Shown: positions 1 through 13,587, counted from the stretch's first letter. The stretch is DNA of 64,000 nt from Nemertoderma westbladi (GCA_032718475.1 JAUCBJ010007729.1:1099-65098), one strand, 5' to 3'. Notes: generated by a model from the sequence alone, not told the origin. Program-made: numbers and translations.

Positions 1-3000
1 TAATCAAGTTTGAGTTGTCCAATAGCAATCTATTATGGAACCTCTTCGAATAATTTTGCGTCTTGCCCAGATAAGGTTTAGTCATCATATCCAGATCTCT
101 TGGACATCGTTTTAGATGCGATACATTAACGGTGAAAGTTTCGTGTGTATGGGATTCAGAGTGATTCAAAAGTAAATCTGCATTATGCTCAGACAATTTC
201 ATTATTTTGAATGGTCCGAGAAAGGGTCGGGCAAATTTATGATTTGGACCTTTACATTTTGACATTGAGTGTAAAAACACTCGGTCACCCACATTAAATC
301 CATGTTTTAGTGTTTTCTTATTATATTGAGTACTCCAGTTAATATGTTCCTTTGCCAATTTGTTTCTGACCATCTGGAATGTAGTAGTTAAGCTATCCTT
401 AAGATCAAGTGCAAAGTCTTCAACCTCTGCATACTTCCATGGAATGAAATTCAGGAAGTCGTCGAAACGAAATTGAGGATCACGTCCATGCATAAGGAAG
501 AAAGGTGTTTCACCTGTTGTCATATGGTAGGAGCTGTTATACGCAAAGGTAACCTGATCAAGATAACTATCCTAATCGGTTCCATGATCATTAACTAAAT
601 GTGATAGAATATCGCAAATTGTTCTATTCATTCGTTCTACAACTCCGTTACATTGTTGGTGATATGGGGTTGTAAATATTTTCTCAATTCCCAGTAGTTT
701 TGCTACTTCCTTTATCAAAGAACTCGTAAAGTTTGGACCTTGATCAGACAAAAGTTTATTAGGAACACCATGTTGACATATAACATGATCTATTAAGGCT
801 TTCACCACTGTAGTAGCACATTCATCAGACAAAGCTATTGCTATTACCCATTTAGTGAAGTGATCCACAAACACTAATGCAAATTTATTACTTTCAATAG
901 ATAATGGGAGTGAAAGTAAATCTACTGCCATTAATTCCATTGGATAATATGAAGTTATAGCGGTTAAGGGAACCTTTTGATATCGGTGAAGAGGCTTCCT
1001 TGTGAGACATTCCAAACAAGAATTACAGAAACGAACTGTATCTCGATACATTGTGTCCCAATAATAAAATTGAGCTAATGATTTATAAGTTTTATCTATC
1101 GCAAAATGACCTCCCAAGGACGATGAATGTCTATCATATAATAATGTTGACTGATATTGTTTTGGAACAACAATAAGTCGGAGATGTCTGTTAAATGGGG
1201 AGAGTCTATACAAACATTTACATGAAACATCATCATTTAGGTCTTTGTCAATGATTTCATATGCAGCCACACTTAATAATAACTTTTGAGCTGCTATTTT
1301 ATTGGTAGGTAGTACTCCAGATTCTAGATAATCTATGATAGATTTAAGGTGATCATCCTTGCTTTGTTCTTCTATATTTAACTTTGAGTTCATATCATTA
1401 CTTAATATTTCTTCAATAGTAATTTCAGAGTTATTACTTGCTTCTATTGGAAGATTTATGATATCATTTATTTCATTTGAATGTTCTGTTTTTAATTGAC
1501 ATTGTGGGATTCTAGATAATGCATCAGCAGCTAAATTGAGTTTGCCTGGTCGGTAACTGATACGAGGCATCTGAGGCATTAATTTTAACATCCAGCGTTG
1601 TAGTCTTCCTTTGGGTTCTTTAATGTTAAGAAACCACATGAGAGCGGAATGGTCGGTTATGACTTCATAATCTTGACCTTGGAGATATGCCCCAAAATGG
1701 TCTATGGCCCAAATGATAGCATATAATTCCAGTTCAGTAATATGCCACTTCTTTTCATTACTAGCTAGATAGGCTCTTGCCACTATATGCAATTGGGTGT
1801 AACTCATCATTGTCATCACGCTGACTCAAGATAGCACCTAAACCATCCATTGAAGCATCTGTTTCCAGTAAGAATGGCTTTGACATATCAGGGCGAGCTA
1901 AAACAGGTTCTGTTGTCAAGGCTCTCTTCAGATATTGAAATGCTTTATCACATTCTGTTGACCAAACAAATTTGACATCTTTTCGTGTAAGTGCATTCAA
2001 AGGTGCAGTTATCTTTGCAAGATCCTTTATAAACTTTCAATAATATTTTGTTAATCCAAGAAACCGCTGCAGTTCCTTGAGGTTATTGGGTGGAGGGTAG
2101 TCTTTGACAATAAGTATCTTCTGTGGATCAGGCTTTTTTCCGAATTGTGTTACAATATGTCCTAGAAATTTAATATCAAAGCATGCAAACTTGCATTTCT
2201 CTATTCTCAGTTTTAATTTTGCTTTATTAATTCGTTGAAGTACCTTATTAATGTGTGCAAATGTGATTCGAAATTAGTTGAAAAAATCAATATATCATCA
2301 AGAAATACGAAACAACAATAACCAATTAACCCATGTAAAGCTACGTTCATAAGTCGTTGACAGGTTGGAGGAGCATTTGTAAGTCCAAATGGCATTCCAG
2401 TATATCTGTAAGCTCCATCAGGTGTAACCATAGTAGTTTTGTCCTTGCTATCTTCAGAAATAGGGATTTGATGGAACATCTGTTTTGTGTCCAGAACACT
2501 GAATATAGTTGCATTTTGAATGCAATCAAGTATATCATCAATTCTAGGCATTGGGTAATTGTCTCTCAATGTTATTGCATTAAGGGCTCTGTAGTCAACA
2601 CATAAACGTAAGGGTTTGCCTTCTTTCTTTACAAGTACAGTTGGACTAGTCCATAGTGCTGATGCGGGTTCAATAATTCTATCTGTCAACAATTGTTCTA
2701 TTATTTCTCTACATTTTCCACGGTAGGCTAATGGTATCCTACGAGGATGCTGTTGAATTGGTTTATGGTCTCCAGTTTCTATATGATGTTCAATTACATC
2801 AGTTCTTCCTGTTGGTTCGTCAGGGAGAGCAAATGAAAATTGTATCTCTAATAATGTATCTAAAAGTTGATTTTGTTGGTTTGAAGTCAACTGGTTCCAT
2901 TCATTTGCAATTTTAATACACCGTAGGAATTTCTCTGTACGAAGTTTCCTTTCAAGGGCTGTTGTTGAATCATTATTATCATCAAGTTCTCTTTTTCCTC

Positions 3001-3087
3001 CTTTATAAGTTTACTATCCCTACAAGCATCATCATAATCAAAATTATCATAATTTGTAATACTTTCTACATTTTCTAATATACCAAT
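1..3087 (-). mobile_element. Ty3/Gypsy LTR retrotransposon pol fragment (RT-RNase H-integrase), pseudogenised
   Basis: RT motifs YPMPRIDD, YTGMPFGLTNAP, FLDDILIFS (2213-2890); RNase H ETDASMDGLGAILSQ and ELELYAIIWAI; integrase HHCC (GGH...CNSCLEC), core SDQGPNF and ERMNRT, and a GPF motif (ARPFLGPFKI, ~205-235). Frameshifts at ~2240 and ~1800; TAG at 572 where W is expected. Domain order RT-RH-IN is Gypsy-type. Confidence 0.93.
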
Positions 3088-3484
3088 CTTTTTTTTTTTT
3101 TTTTTTTATTATTTTAAATTTTTTTTTTTCCGGTTCCAACAGTTTATTATATTACTTAAATTACACAATTAAAGGTAATCATCATAACCGTACAAATGCA
3201 CAATTAAAATTCACAAAATACAAGTGCACAAATACAATTGCAATAATAAAAAGAAGTTATTCAAATATTATCATGCATAAACGGAATAAACAATATACTA
3301 ATATTTTTGTGCCCAAGGGTAGCAGACCTGCAATTTGAAATTTGACTCCACTAATTATCTATTAACACGACCTTAACAGCACGAATAAAGAGGAAGAGAA
3401 AAACTTTAGGGAGATACCTTGACGACATGTAAATAATATATAATAAATAAAAATTAATCCCAAAACATTTACTTAAAGTCCCAG

Positions 3485-6400
3485 TTATGATGTATTTTGA
3501 GTAAAAATATTTTCAAAACCACCCCATTTTTTTTTGTATGGGCCCCATGTGCTTGTCGAAACCGCATTGAAAAGCTCAAATTGATGTAGCATTAAAAGCT
3601 TATTTTTTAAATAGGTTAAATGCAGAGATGGAGTTTGCGTGAAACGTTGAGAAAAGATGATATATTTTGCAAGAAAAATTATTGTATTCACTACTTTATG
3701 TTTAGAATCCTTATACAGACCGAAAAAGAACATATGCTTACGAAACACTATCGATTGTCGGGAAGCAGATAACCACCATAATCGAATTTCTTCAATAAAG
3801 GTTTTGACTTTTGTGCAGTTCCAAAACAAATGATCAATATCCTCCACATGTTCTTTGCAATATGTGCAAATATTATTATTAATTTGTCCTATTCTTGTTA
3901 GAAACTGATTTGTTGGGATTCTACGCATAACAAATTTATATTGAAACGACCTGAGTTTTGCATCAATAGTAGTCTTGAAAGGTAAAATAAATATCTGCTT
4001 CCAGTCCACATTTGTCAGTGTGCTCTCCAAATTTATTTCCCATTGTCGAATAGATGTGGGTTTTACTTTTATTTTTTCTACTAAAGTATTGTAAGTTAAA
4101 TTAGTGACCCTATTTTTGCAATTAATTAATCGAAAAGAATTTCTAAAATGTGGTCCTTGTAAACCTTGTTTCAGCAAAACTTTGATATCGTGTGGAATGG
4201 CATCTATTAGACTCATATATTTAAAATGATCTGTTTCGGCTAAATTATATTTGTTTTTAAATTCGCAAAAGTTTAGGAATCTTTTTTCTTTTTGTTCTAC
4301 TATGTTATTCAGAGTATAAATACCTAAATCTCTCCAAGTACGCCAAAAAATAGGTCTTCCACCGATCCGAATGAGAGAATTAAACCATATTATTTGATTC
4401 ATTGCATCTTCTGACGTACACGGTGTACTAAAATTAATATTACACCAAGTTTGCATTACCTCGTTCCAAAAAGTTGATTTTAAATCTAACATACATTCAA
4501 TATCTTTTGCATTCAAATTATACTGTAAAAAATCATTCATTGAGATATTATGTGATATTGAAGCTAGAGGTAATCCTATATTGTCCGTTTTGGAGATAAT
4601 TTTTACGATCCATCGTACTTTTTGCGCCTGTATATAAGACTCTATATCCACACTTTTTAATCCACCCTCGGAATACGATGCTATTAATACTTTATTTGCT
4701 ACTTTTGCCGGTTTTCCATCCCATAAAAAATTATTGATTACCTTATTTATTTGCAGTATGAGGTCAGGTGGTGGTCTTTCTAAACAAGATAATTTAAAAG
4801 TTAGCTGCGGAATGGCCAGCGATTTAATTATACATATTTTTCCTAACCACGTTAGTGTGATTTTGGCCCAAAAATTTAGAATCTTGCTTATGTTTTCAAT
4901 AGCCTCCGGGTAATTCAACATGGGTATTTTTGTTATGTCGTTGCTCAGTATCACTCCTAGTACACGGGGCACCTGGTTCCAACCATTTTAGATTATATTC
5001 GGGACAAAGAGTTGTAGTTGATAATTTTTTATTACCTATCCACAGCACCTCTGTTTTTGTTCTATTTAATTTTAATAAATAAGAAATTTTGAAATTTTGA
5101 AATTTTTGAAAATAAGAAATTTTGCCGAAAGTGTTGAAAATACAAAACGCTTTCTGCAGGGATTTTTCACTATCACATAACTGTAAACTAAGATCGTCAG
5201 CAAACAACGAAATTAAATTTCTGACGCCGTTGATATATATTTCTTCAATATCGTCTTCATTTCTAATAGCTATGGCTAGTATTTCTATAACTAAGAGAAA
5301 TAGATACGAACTGAGAAGGTCTCCTTGTCTAAAGCCCCGTTCGGCCGAGAACGGTTGTGAGAGATAACCATTGTTCTGAATCACAAGTTTGAAGTTACTA
5401 TTATATAGTATATCAAACCAAGTTAAAAAAGTTTGCGGAAAATTAAAACGATTTAAAACGTATTTAATAAAAGGCCATTCCACCGAATCATAGGCTTTTT
5501 GGAAATCCGCCATCACTAGGATTCCTCCTTGATCAACTTCATCCAGGTGTTCCATAGCGGAAATAATTTTTCGAATATTGTCACCTAGGTAACGACCTGT
5601 GAGGAAGCCCGACTGGTCATCGTTTATTAACGGAGATAATACATACTTCAATCTAAGAGCCAAAAGTTTTGTTAATAATTTATAATCAACATTTAGCAGT
5701 GTTATGGGCCGTCTATTGTCTAGAAATCTTGGGTCTTTATCCTTCTTTTGTGTTAAAGAAATTACCCCCTGCCGTTGTGATATGGGGAGGTCCCCTATAA
5801 CGAAAGTTTCCTTATAACAGTTTAAAATATAAAATTTCAGGTCACTCCAAAAGAATTTAAAAAACTCGGCTGTGAAACCATCACCGCCAGGAGTTTTCCC
5901 ATTTGGCATAGTTTTTAAAGCAGCAAGCAATTCGCCTTCAGTAATATTTTTGGAAAGATACTCCTTAGCAGTGTCTCCGAGAATGGGCATGTAATTTGAT
6001 ATTTTGTTAAAAAACACATTGCACTCTTGTTTAAAATTATCATGCTGGCAAGTGGAAGAAAATAAAGTTTTATAAAAATTAGCTGATTCTTTCAAAATGG
6101 CCTTATCATCAGTTATAGTGCGGTGCTCGCCTGTTTTTTCTTTTATTTTCAAAACATTAATATTATTTTTCATAGCCCGTTTTTTTTCCAAGTTTAAAAA
6201 ATATTTAGTTGGCCTTTCATTACCTATGAAATGTTGAGCTTTTGCTCGAAAAATTGCTGATTTTGCTTTTTCACATTCAATATTATACAGCTCATCATTA
6301 CACCTCTGCATCTCAAGTTGTTCGTGTTCAGACAAAGATGCTTCCCGCACATGTAAGTCCTTGATTTGATTTGTCAGAATGTTAATTTTTTTATTTTCTT

Positions 6401-7320
6401 CCCTTTGCTTTCTAATACTGAATGCGATAGTTTCTGTTCTAATATTTAATTTTATTATCTCCCATAGTTGTTGTTCGGATAGATGTGATTCGTATTGTTG
6501 GATTGTTTGGTTGATAATGCTTTTCATAAAAGTTACATATCCTGTGTCTCCTAATAATCTATTATTAAATTTCCATATGCCTCTTCCACGGGTTTTTTCC
6601 GCCCAAGTAATTGTAAAGGAAGCTGCCGAATGGTCAGATCTATATCCAGGTGTTATATGGCAGGATTCAGCTACACCTGCTAAGGACGATGAAATAAGGA
6701 AAAAATCTTTTCTGGTTAAAACCCAACCGCGATTGATTTTTTTGCCTATGGGTAAAAAGTTGACCGTCATTATTTTGCAGCCTATAAATATCAACCAAAT
6801 CTTGGTCCTCTATAACATCCAACACCGCTTGGCGTACCTTTCTATTTGTGAAAGGTGAACCTCCCTTTTTATCCTTGTTTATGTCCAAGACACAATTGAA
6901 ATCCCCTCCCCAGATTATATTCTCTCCATGGAAATTACTTTCGATGTCTAACTGAATTTTGGAAATTAGTGACGGATTATCCGTATTATAATTATATATA
7001 TTTGCTAGGGTATATATTTTTATTCCTATCTCTATATCAACAATGATATATCTTCCTTCTACATCAATTTCGCTTTTAACAATTCTGAACGGAAAATTAT
7101 CGTTAAACAGTAGCCCCACGCCAGCACTGTTAGAGCTAGACTCACTGAGCAGACCCTCACAACCCCATTCCTTAAGCCATTTGTCTGGATCTGTACAGTG
7201 CGTTTCTTGTAAAAAATATATATTACCCTTTGTTTTTTTTAACTTATCCATAATTACACGGCGTTTTACATCATCTTGCAGCCCCCTGCAGTTTAGTGTC
7301 GTAAATGTTATAGTAGTCAT
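3485..7320 (-). pseudogene. L1/Tx1 ORF2 (apurinic endonuclease, reverse transcriptase, zinc finger), split by two frameshifts
   Basis: APE: LNCRGL, FLQETH, GGDFN, SDH. RT: KTPGGDG, RPITLLNVDYK, DFQKAYDSV, RGFRQGD, LFADD. C-terminal CTYC...EDIDHLFWNC. Frameshifts near 6735 (T run) and ~4970. Confidence 0.9.
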
Positions 7321-8016
7321 TTCTTGTTAAATTTAGCACTGCCTCTAAAATTGCTAGTCTGCTTCCTTAAAATGACACTGAAAGTATTTGCAGTTTTAAC
7401 GATAATATATAATTTACTGTACACATTTACGTGGGCCTTTTGCATGTCTATTTGCAATAGGCCTACTGCTTTTAAAATTGTGAAAAGCATTTTGCTAGAT
7501 AGAACCGGTTTCCTATAAATATTTTCTGCAACATCACAACCTTCACCAAAAACTATACTACATACCGTTACTTCGAGTTTAAAGATAAACAACATTGCCA
7601 TAAACAAAGCATAACAAGCCATCCCCATAACGTCATCGGCCATGGGAAAAAAATACAGGCCTTGGCCATCCCACTATTTCTCATTTTAATAACCAAAACA
7701 GACCTAACTCGGACGTCCTTTACGGACGACCCCTAATTAATTGGATTATATATGGACTCCCTCGGTCGGGCCTACACAATATAATTTATAATTTGTATGT
7801 TTGGTTAACGAAACTATAGAAACACACAGAAAATCGAAAAACAATTGAATATGTTTTGTACCGGTACTTCAACTTTGGCCTTGGAGTTTAGAAACAAAAA
7901 AAAACAGATAAAAAAAAGAGTAAACAAAACAAATTTTTAACATACATATACATAGGCTCCGTTGCGATCAAAAGCACGTACCATAATTATTTTGGAATAT
8001 TTTCCTCGAAAGTTGT

Positions 8017-8430
8017 TTACTTGTTTTTTCCGCTCCTCCTACTTCCATTTCCGTGACCCATTGTAGTACGACCACGATTACTCTGTGACGGAGAAAGGCG
8101 AGGATTGGCTTCCAACTCGTCAACTTCTGTCGACGTATGTAGGCCTTCCTGCATTGGGGATCGACCATCGCCGCCATTGCGCATCGGCCTACCTCGTTGT
8201 CCCGGTTTCAACGTAGAGGCTACCGGAACCGCGTTCATCTTTGGTTTGATCTTGGAATAAATATTTTCTCCGTTTCGCATTGATATGAACACGAAAGGGT
8301 AGTATCGCTCCGAAATGATTATTCGCGCTCTCGCTCTATCAGTGGCACTCATTTCCTTCTTTATAGCCACTAGGTCGCGCCTTACCTGGGTGAGATACGA
8401 GTAGTAGGAGAAGCATAGCCCTCGGCTAAC
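8017..8430 (-). pseudogene. Probable C-terminal part of L1 ORF1
   Basis: Same strand and upstream of ORF2; reads SYLTQVRRDLVAIKKEM... into a basic, low-complexity tail. Assignment is mostly positional. Confidence 0.5.
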
Positions 8431-8973
8431 TCCTCCCTAGCCTGGGCTACGGGCCACATCTCGGAGGCAATTAAAAAATACCAAATTCCGGTGCTAAATT
8501 GTGGTGTTTAATGACCATCTGTCACCAACAGTATTCTTGCCTTCAGCCAATCGCTGCGTATAACCTACGCGTAGCCTAACCTCGCGATGCCCTCCTTACT
8601 CCTACAGCTGTTACCTCCCGTCAGTATTGGTTCGAGTCGTTGCATCAACCAACCATCGCATATTCATCTTCGCGTACCCAAACCTCTCAACGCGTGGCTA
8701 GCCCCCCACTATGCTATTATATCGAATCGATTGCCAACTCACCACCACGCACGGCTACCCCTCGACGGCTGTCGCCAATCCGCCACGTGTTGAAATTCCG
8801 CCACGTTTCCGGCTACACGTATACGAACATTTCCATAGTTTAATGCAATACCTTTGAAGCCCTTTAATGACGCTTTGTCGATAACCCGATTGGGGATTTT
8901 CTGAGACACAAAACGAAATCGGTATTGTAAGAACAATTGACCAAACTAATGGAAAAGTTATCCTTATATTGCC

Positions 8974-9835
8974 TTAAGGGTTAACTTCATTTCACTAAGG
9001 GTTGGGTTAGCTTCATTTCACTAAGGGTTGGGTTCGCTTCATTTCACTAAGGGTTAGGTTAGCTTCATTTCACTAAGGGTTGGGTTAGCTTCATTTCACT
9101 ATGGGTTGGGTTAGCTTAATTTCACTAAGGGTTGGGTTAGCTTAATTTCACTAAGGGTTGGGTTAGCTTCATTGTATTAAGGGTGGGGTTAGCTTCATTG
9201 CATTAAGGGTGGGGTTAACTTCATTGCATTAAAGGTTGTGTTAGCTTCAGTGCATTAAAGGTTGTGTTAGCTTCATTGCATTAAAGGTTGTGTTAGCTTC
9301 AGTGCATTAAAGGTTGTGTTAGCTTCAGTGCATTAAGGGTTGTGTTAGCTTCAGTGCATTAAAGGTTGTGTTAGCTTCAGTGCATTAAATGTTGTGTTAG
9401 CTTCATTGAATTAAGGGTTAGCTTTATTGAACTAAGGGTTGTGTTAGCTTCATTATATTAAGGGTGGGTTAGCTTCATTGTATTAAGGGTGGGGTTAGCT
9501 TCATTGTATTAAGGGTTAGCTTTATTGAACTAAGGGTTGTGTTAGCTTCATTATATTAAGGGTGGGTTAGCTTCATTGTATTAAGGGTGGGGTTAGCTTC
9601 ATTGTATTAAGGGTTAGCTTTATTGAACTAAGGGTTGTGTTAGCTTCATTGTATTAAGGGTGGGGTTAACTTCATTGTATTAAGGGTGGGTTAGCTTCAG
9701 TGCATTAAAGGTTGTGTTAGCTTCATTGAACTAAAGGTTGTGTTAGCTTCAGTGCATTAAAGGTTGTGTTAGCTTCATTGCACTAATGGTTGTGTTAGCT
9801 TTAGTGCATTAAGGGTTGTGTTAGCTTCATTGCAC
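8974..9835. repeat. 26-bp minisatellite (CTAAGGGTTGGGTTAGCTTCATTTCA and variants), roughly 30+ copies
   Basis: Tandem units visible directly, with shorter deletion variants and sequence drift along the array. Confidence 0.95.
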
Positions 9836-11291
9836 CGATGGTTTGCCTTATTGAACTATGGGGGTTAACTCCATTGTATAAAACAGTTACTACTCCCTAT
9901 TCCCTGTCCAGCGACTGTCTAATAATACGATTAGTACGTCCATTAACCATTAAATGTATACGAAAATTAGTGAATTATACAAATACAAGTGATAGGGGAA
10001 GTGTTTCGCTGTATCTGTCCGTCTACTTACATAGCCAACAGCCGTGTCTTTCTCGTCCCGAATCTATCGTAAATATACCCATTGATTATTGCAAAGGCAT
10101 TTAATGAGAATGAGCCGAGGGTGAATGCCAGAGACAATTCCCTGTCCTGCGAGTCGCAGTGGGTACCCCCCAAATGTGGGTCCATCTAAATTATTAATAC
10201 GATATTATATTATATTAATTTATTGATTGATTGAGCAATAAAGGCAATGTATAACCGTCTATTAAGGATATCATTTTTTCTTCTATTATTAAGAATAATT
10301 AAATAATACGCACAGGATCCCGATTCAGTGGATATAATATATCAATCAGCTTGAAATAAATAAGGAAATGACAGCTGGAGTTTTGGGCGGAGCCTTCGAA
10401 ATATAAAGGTATATGATGTATTGTTGAATATTGACTTTCTTACAGATGGCTGTTGAGCCTGACATAATAAAAACACGAATGAATTATGTACGATGTCCAC
10501 TGGTTAGGTTCAAGCTTTACTGTGAAAGATAATTCATAGAGGAGTTGGTACACAATAATGGAGATTATTATTCCTTCCCAACTTGGTAGAAGATGGATGA
10601 ACCTAAACCTACAGTATCGAAAAATTTAGGTTAAAGTGCAAAAATGAAACTGTAATCTATTACACAATGAAGTGGAATGCGTTGCACAATGCACGTGCAC
10701 AACTTTAATTTGCAAAGTTAACTTTATTCAGTAGATGTTTACCTAATCACTTAAAGGTATTGTGTGTGATGAATTAGGTAATAAATGATCTAGCTACACA
10801 GTTACACAGTTACAGCTACACATTATGTAGCTAAGCTAGCTACACAATTTAAATGTAATGTTTCAACGTTTGTGGGGCCTTCACGCAGTCAATTTTTGCA
10901 ATTGTAAATTTTTTGCCGTTTCAACTTGCGGTCAATTTGTGCCACTATCTGATCAAATGAGTTTTGACAGATTGTAAGATAAAATTACATTAAAATTTAT
11001 TTATAGTTGACTACTGGATGGTTTCATGGTTACTGACATCCAGTAATCCGACAATTCGATATAATCAATCGATTACTCTTCTGGTTCCACTCACTCGCAA
11101 CTTTTCATCGGATATTCAACTAATTTAATTCGCTATTTATACTTCGGGATCCCGTTTCAAAAACGTCGGAATCGGCATTGCATTTTTCACCGGGAGCCCG
11201 ACTTTTCGAGATCGGAATCGGAATCCCGTTTAAACCTAAAGATGTATGGAGCCAGATCCATGTACATCTTAATTTTTAATCAGATATTTTT

Positions 11292-11480
11292 AACAGCCTA
11301 CCATTAGAACTGAGAACCTGCACTGACCTTCAGAAGTTCAAAACAGTCTTGAAAACCAAACTATTCACCCGTGCATACCCATAAATTATTTAGAAACTAG
11401 TATCGCTGTGCAAAATTTCAAAGCGCCATTGAACTTTTTAGGTAAAGGCGCGATATAAATATAAGTTTATTATTATTATT
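11292..11480 (+). mobile_element. L2/CR1-group LINE 3' end fragment
   Basis: Translates NSLPLELRTCTDLQKFKTVLKTKLFTRAYP*, typical of an L2 ORF2 C-terminus. Followed by an AAGCGCC...GGCGCGATATAAAT 3' UTR and a (TTA)n tail. Confidence 0.75.
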
Positions 11481-11514
11481 AGTACCCGCAACACTGCGAC
11501 ATTAGTGATCACGG

Positions 11515-12424
11515 GCACTAATGTCTCGCGAGCACTAAAGTCTCGCGGGCACTAAAGTCTCGCGGGCACTAATGTCTCGAGAGCACCAAGTCTCGCGGGC
11601 ACTAATGTCTCGAGAGCACTAATGTCTCGAGAGCACCAAGTCTCGCGGGCACTAATGTCTCGAGAGAACCAAGTCTCGCGGCACTAATGTCTCGAGAGCA
11701 CTAATGTCTCGAGAGCACCAAGTCTCGCGAGCACTAAAGTCTCGCGGGCACTAATGTCTCGAGAGCACTAATGTCTCGAGAGCACCAAGTCTCGCGGGCA
11801 CTAAAATCTCGAGAGCACTAAAGTCTCGCGAGCACTAAAGTCTCGCGGGCACTAATGTCTCGAGAGCACTAATGTCTCGAGAGCACTAATGTCACGAGAG
11901 CACTAATGTCTCGAGAGCACTAATGTCTCGAGAGCACTAAAGTCTCGAGAGCACTAATGTCTCGAGAGCACTAATGTCTCGAGAGCACCAAGTCTCGCGG
12001 GCACTAAAATCTCGAGAGCACTAAAGTCTCGCGAGCACTAAAGTCTCGCGGGCACTAATGTCTCGAGAGCACTAATGTCTCGAGAGCACTAATGTCACGA
12101 GAGCACTAATGTCTCGAGAGCACTAATGTCTCGAGAGCACTAAAGTCTCGAGATCACTAAAGTCTCGCGGCCACTAATGTCTCGAGAGCACTAATGTCTC
12201 GAGAGCATCAAGTCTCGCGAGCACTAATGTCTCGAGAGCACTAATGTCTCGAGAGCACTAATGTCTCGAGAGCACCAAGTCTCGCGAGCACTAATGTCTC
12301 GAGAGCACTAATGTCTCGAGAGCACTAATGTCTCTAGAGCACCAAGTCTCGAGAGCACTAATGTCTCGAGAGCACTAATGTCTCCAGAGCACTAATGTCT
12401 CTAGAGCACCAAGTCTCGAGAGCA
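11515..12424. repeat. 17-bp minisatellite GCACTAATGTCTCGAGA (16-bp variants), about 50 copies
   Basis: Direct tandem units, each carrying the palindrome TCTCGAGA or the variant TCTCGCG. Confidence 0.95.
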
Positions 12425-13157
12425 CAACGTCCCAAGACACTCAGAAAGACACAGCGGATTGGCGGCAACTGTTAATTCTGTTTCTATAAAAATTTCGTAT
12501 ATTGTTTCCCCCCCCCCCCCCCCCCCTTCCCCTTCCAACTCTTTCTGCAACTCTCTCTTCATTTACGAACATAAATAATTAGCTGTTTTCTGTCAGTCAG
12601 TTCATTTTGTATTCATTAGCTAATGTTTTAGTTTTAGTTGAGTCAAGGGAATCAACTATGTTGCTGTAACACTCGTATTACAGTAGTAGATAGGCAAGGG
12701 GCAATCTAATATCGAATTAAACTGAGATCGTGAGATCTATCTATCGCCTTAGGACAGGTTCACCGGAGATTAATAATAAGGTTGGCTTTCCTGGCGTAGT
12801 AGGTACGGTAGGCCTACAACAAACATCTCCAGTTATACCGGTAGAGTAGTAGGAGCTACGGAATTAAAAGGATGGCATCCGTTTACTTGGTGGTATAAAA
12901 TGATATTATTGGTTACAATGGGGTTGTCCATTAACGGGAACGGGATAACAATATCGCACTACTGTTACCTGGTGTTCTGTTCAGTAACCTACATGCGATT
13001 CTAAGATGATTTTGGGACGAGTATATTATGCATTATTCAAAATACAATATGTGTATCATCGGTGTATGTTACTTGGCATGGGTACTGGGCAGAATGCCCC
13101 GACTAAAAGTTTCACCGATAAACGAAATATGATTTGTATAGAACATCCTCAAATTGG

Positions 13158-13570
13158 TATAATAATAATAATAATAATAAATCATTTACTTATATATCGC
13201 GCTTAATCCCATGTATCGGTTCTAAAGCGCTGTTAAATTTCATTGTGTCCGAAAGTTTAGTTTAGATATGAAAAGCCCTATTAAAGAGTTCGATTTTTAG
13301 AAGGCTGCGGAAAGTTGTCAGGTAGTGGCGGTTCGAGTTTGAAAATTGAGACTGTTGGGGCTACATAGGTGAATGATCGGGTGCCGAATGTTTTAAGTTT
13401 GAAATTTGGTACTTTTAGAGTCCAAAGGAGATCCATCCTTGTTGGGTAAGGAGATCTAGGATGTATTCCGGGGCTAAACCATTTATGGCTTTCCAGGTGA
13501 GTAATGCGATCTTGTAGTCAATACGGTATCGGACAGGAAAGGAAGCCAATGGAAGTAGCAAGCAGGACAA
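13158..13570 (-). mobile_element. L2-clade LINE 3' fragment
   Basis: PVRYRIDYKIALLTWKAINGLAPEYILDLL (LHWLPV...RI.YK motif); 3' UTR AGCGC...GCGCGATATATAAGT with a (TTA)n tail at 13158-13179. Confidence 0.8.
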
Positions 13571-13587
13571 TTTGGACCCATTAATAT

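Larger units (their letters stand above)
3088..8430 (-). mobile_element. L1/Tx1-clade non-LTR retrotransposon, near-complete ORF2 and partial ORF1, 5'-truncated
   Basis: Poly(T) on plus strand at 3088-3129 is the poly(A) tail. ORF2 pieces run APE, RT, CCHC zinc finger. ~700-bp inter-ORF spacer and a basic ORF1-like C-terminus at 8017-8430. The 5' boundary is approximate. Confidence 0.9.

Noticed and set aside
8470-8490. ATACCAA as an L1 target-site duplication matching 3080-3086
   Set aside because: Only 7 AT-rich bases, and the following sequence does not continue the Gypsy frame.
10780-11240. Possible DNA-transposon terminal remnants (TAGCTACACA repeats; CGGAATCGGAATCCCG cluster)
   Set aside because: No matching opposite end or TSD found, so boundaries and family cannot be supported.
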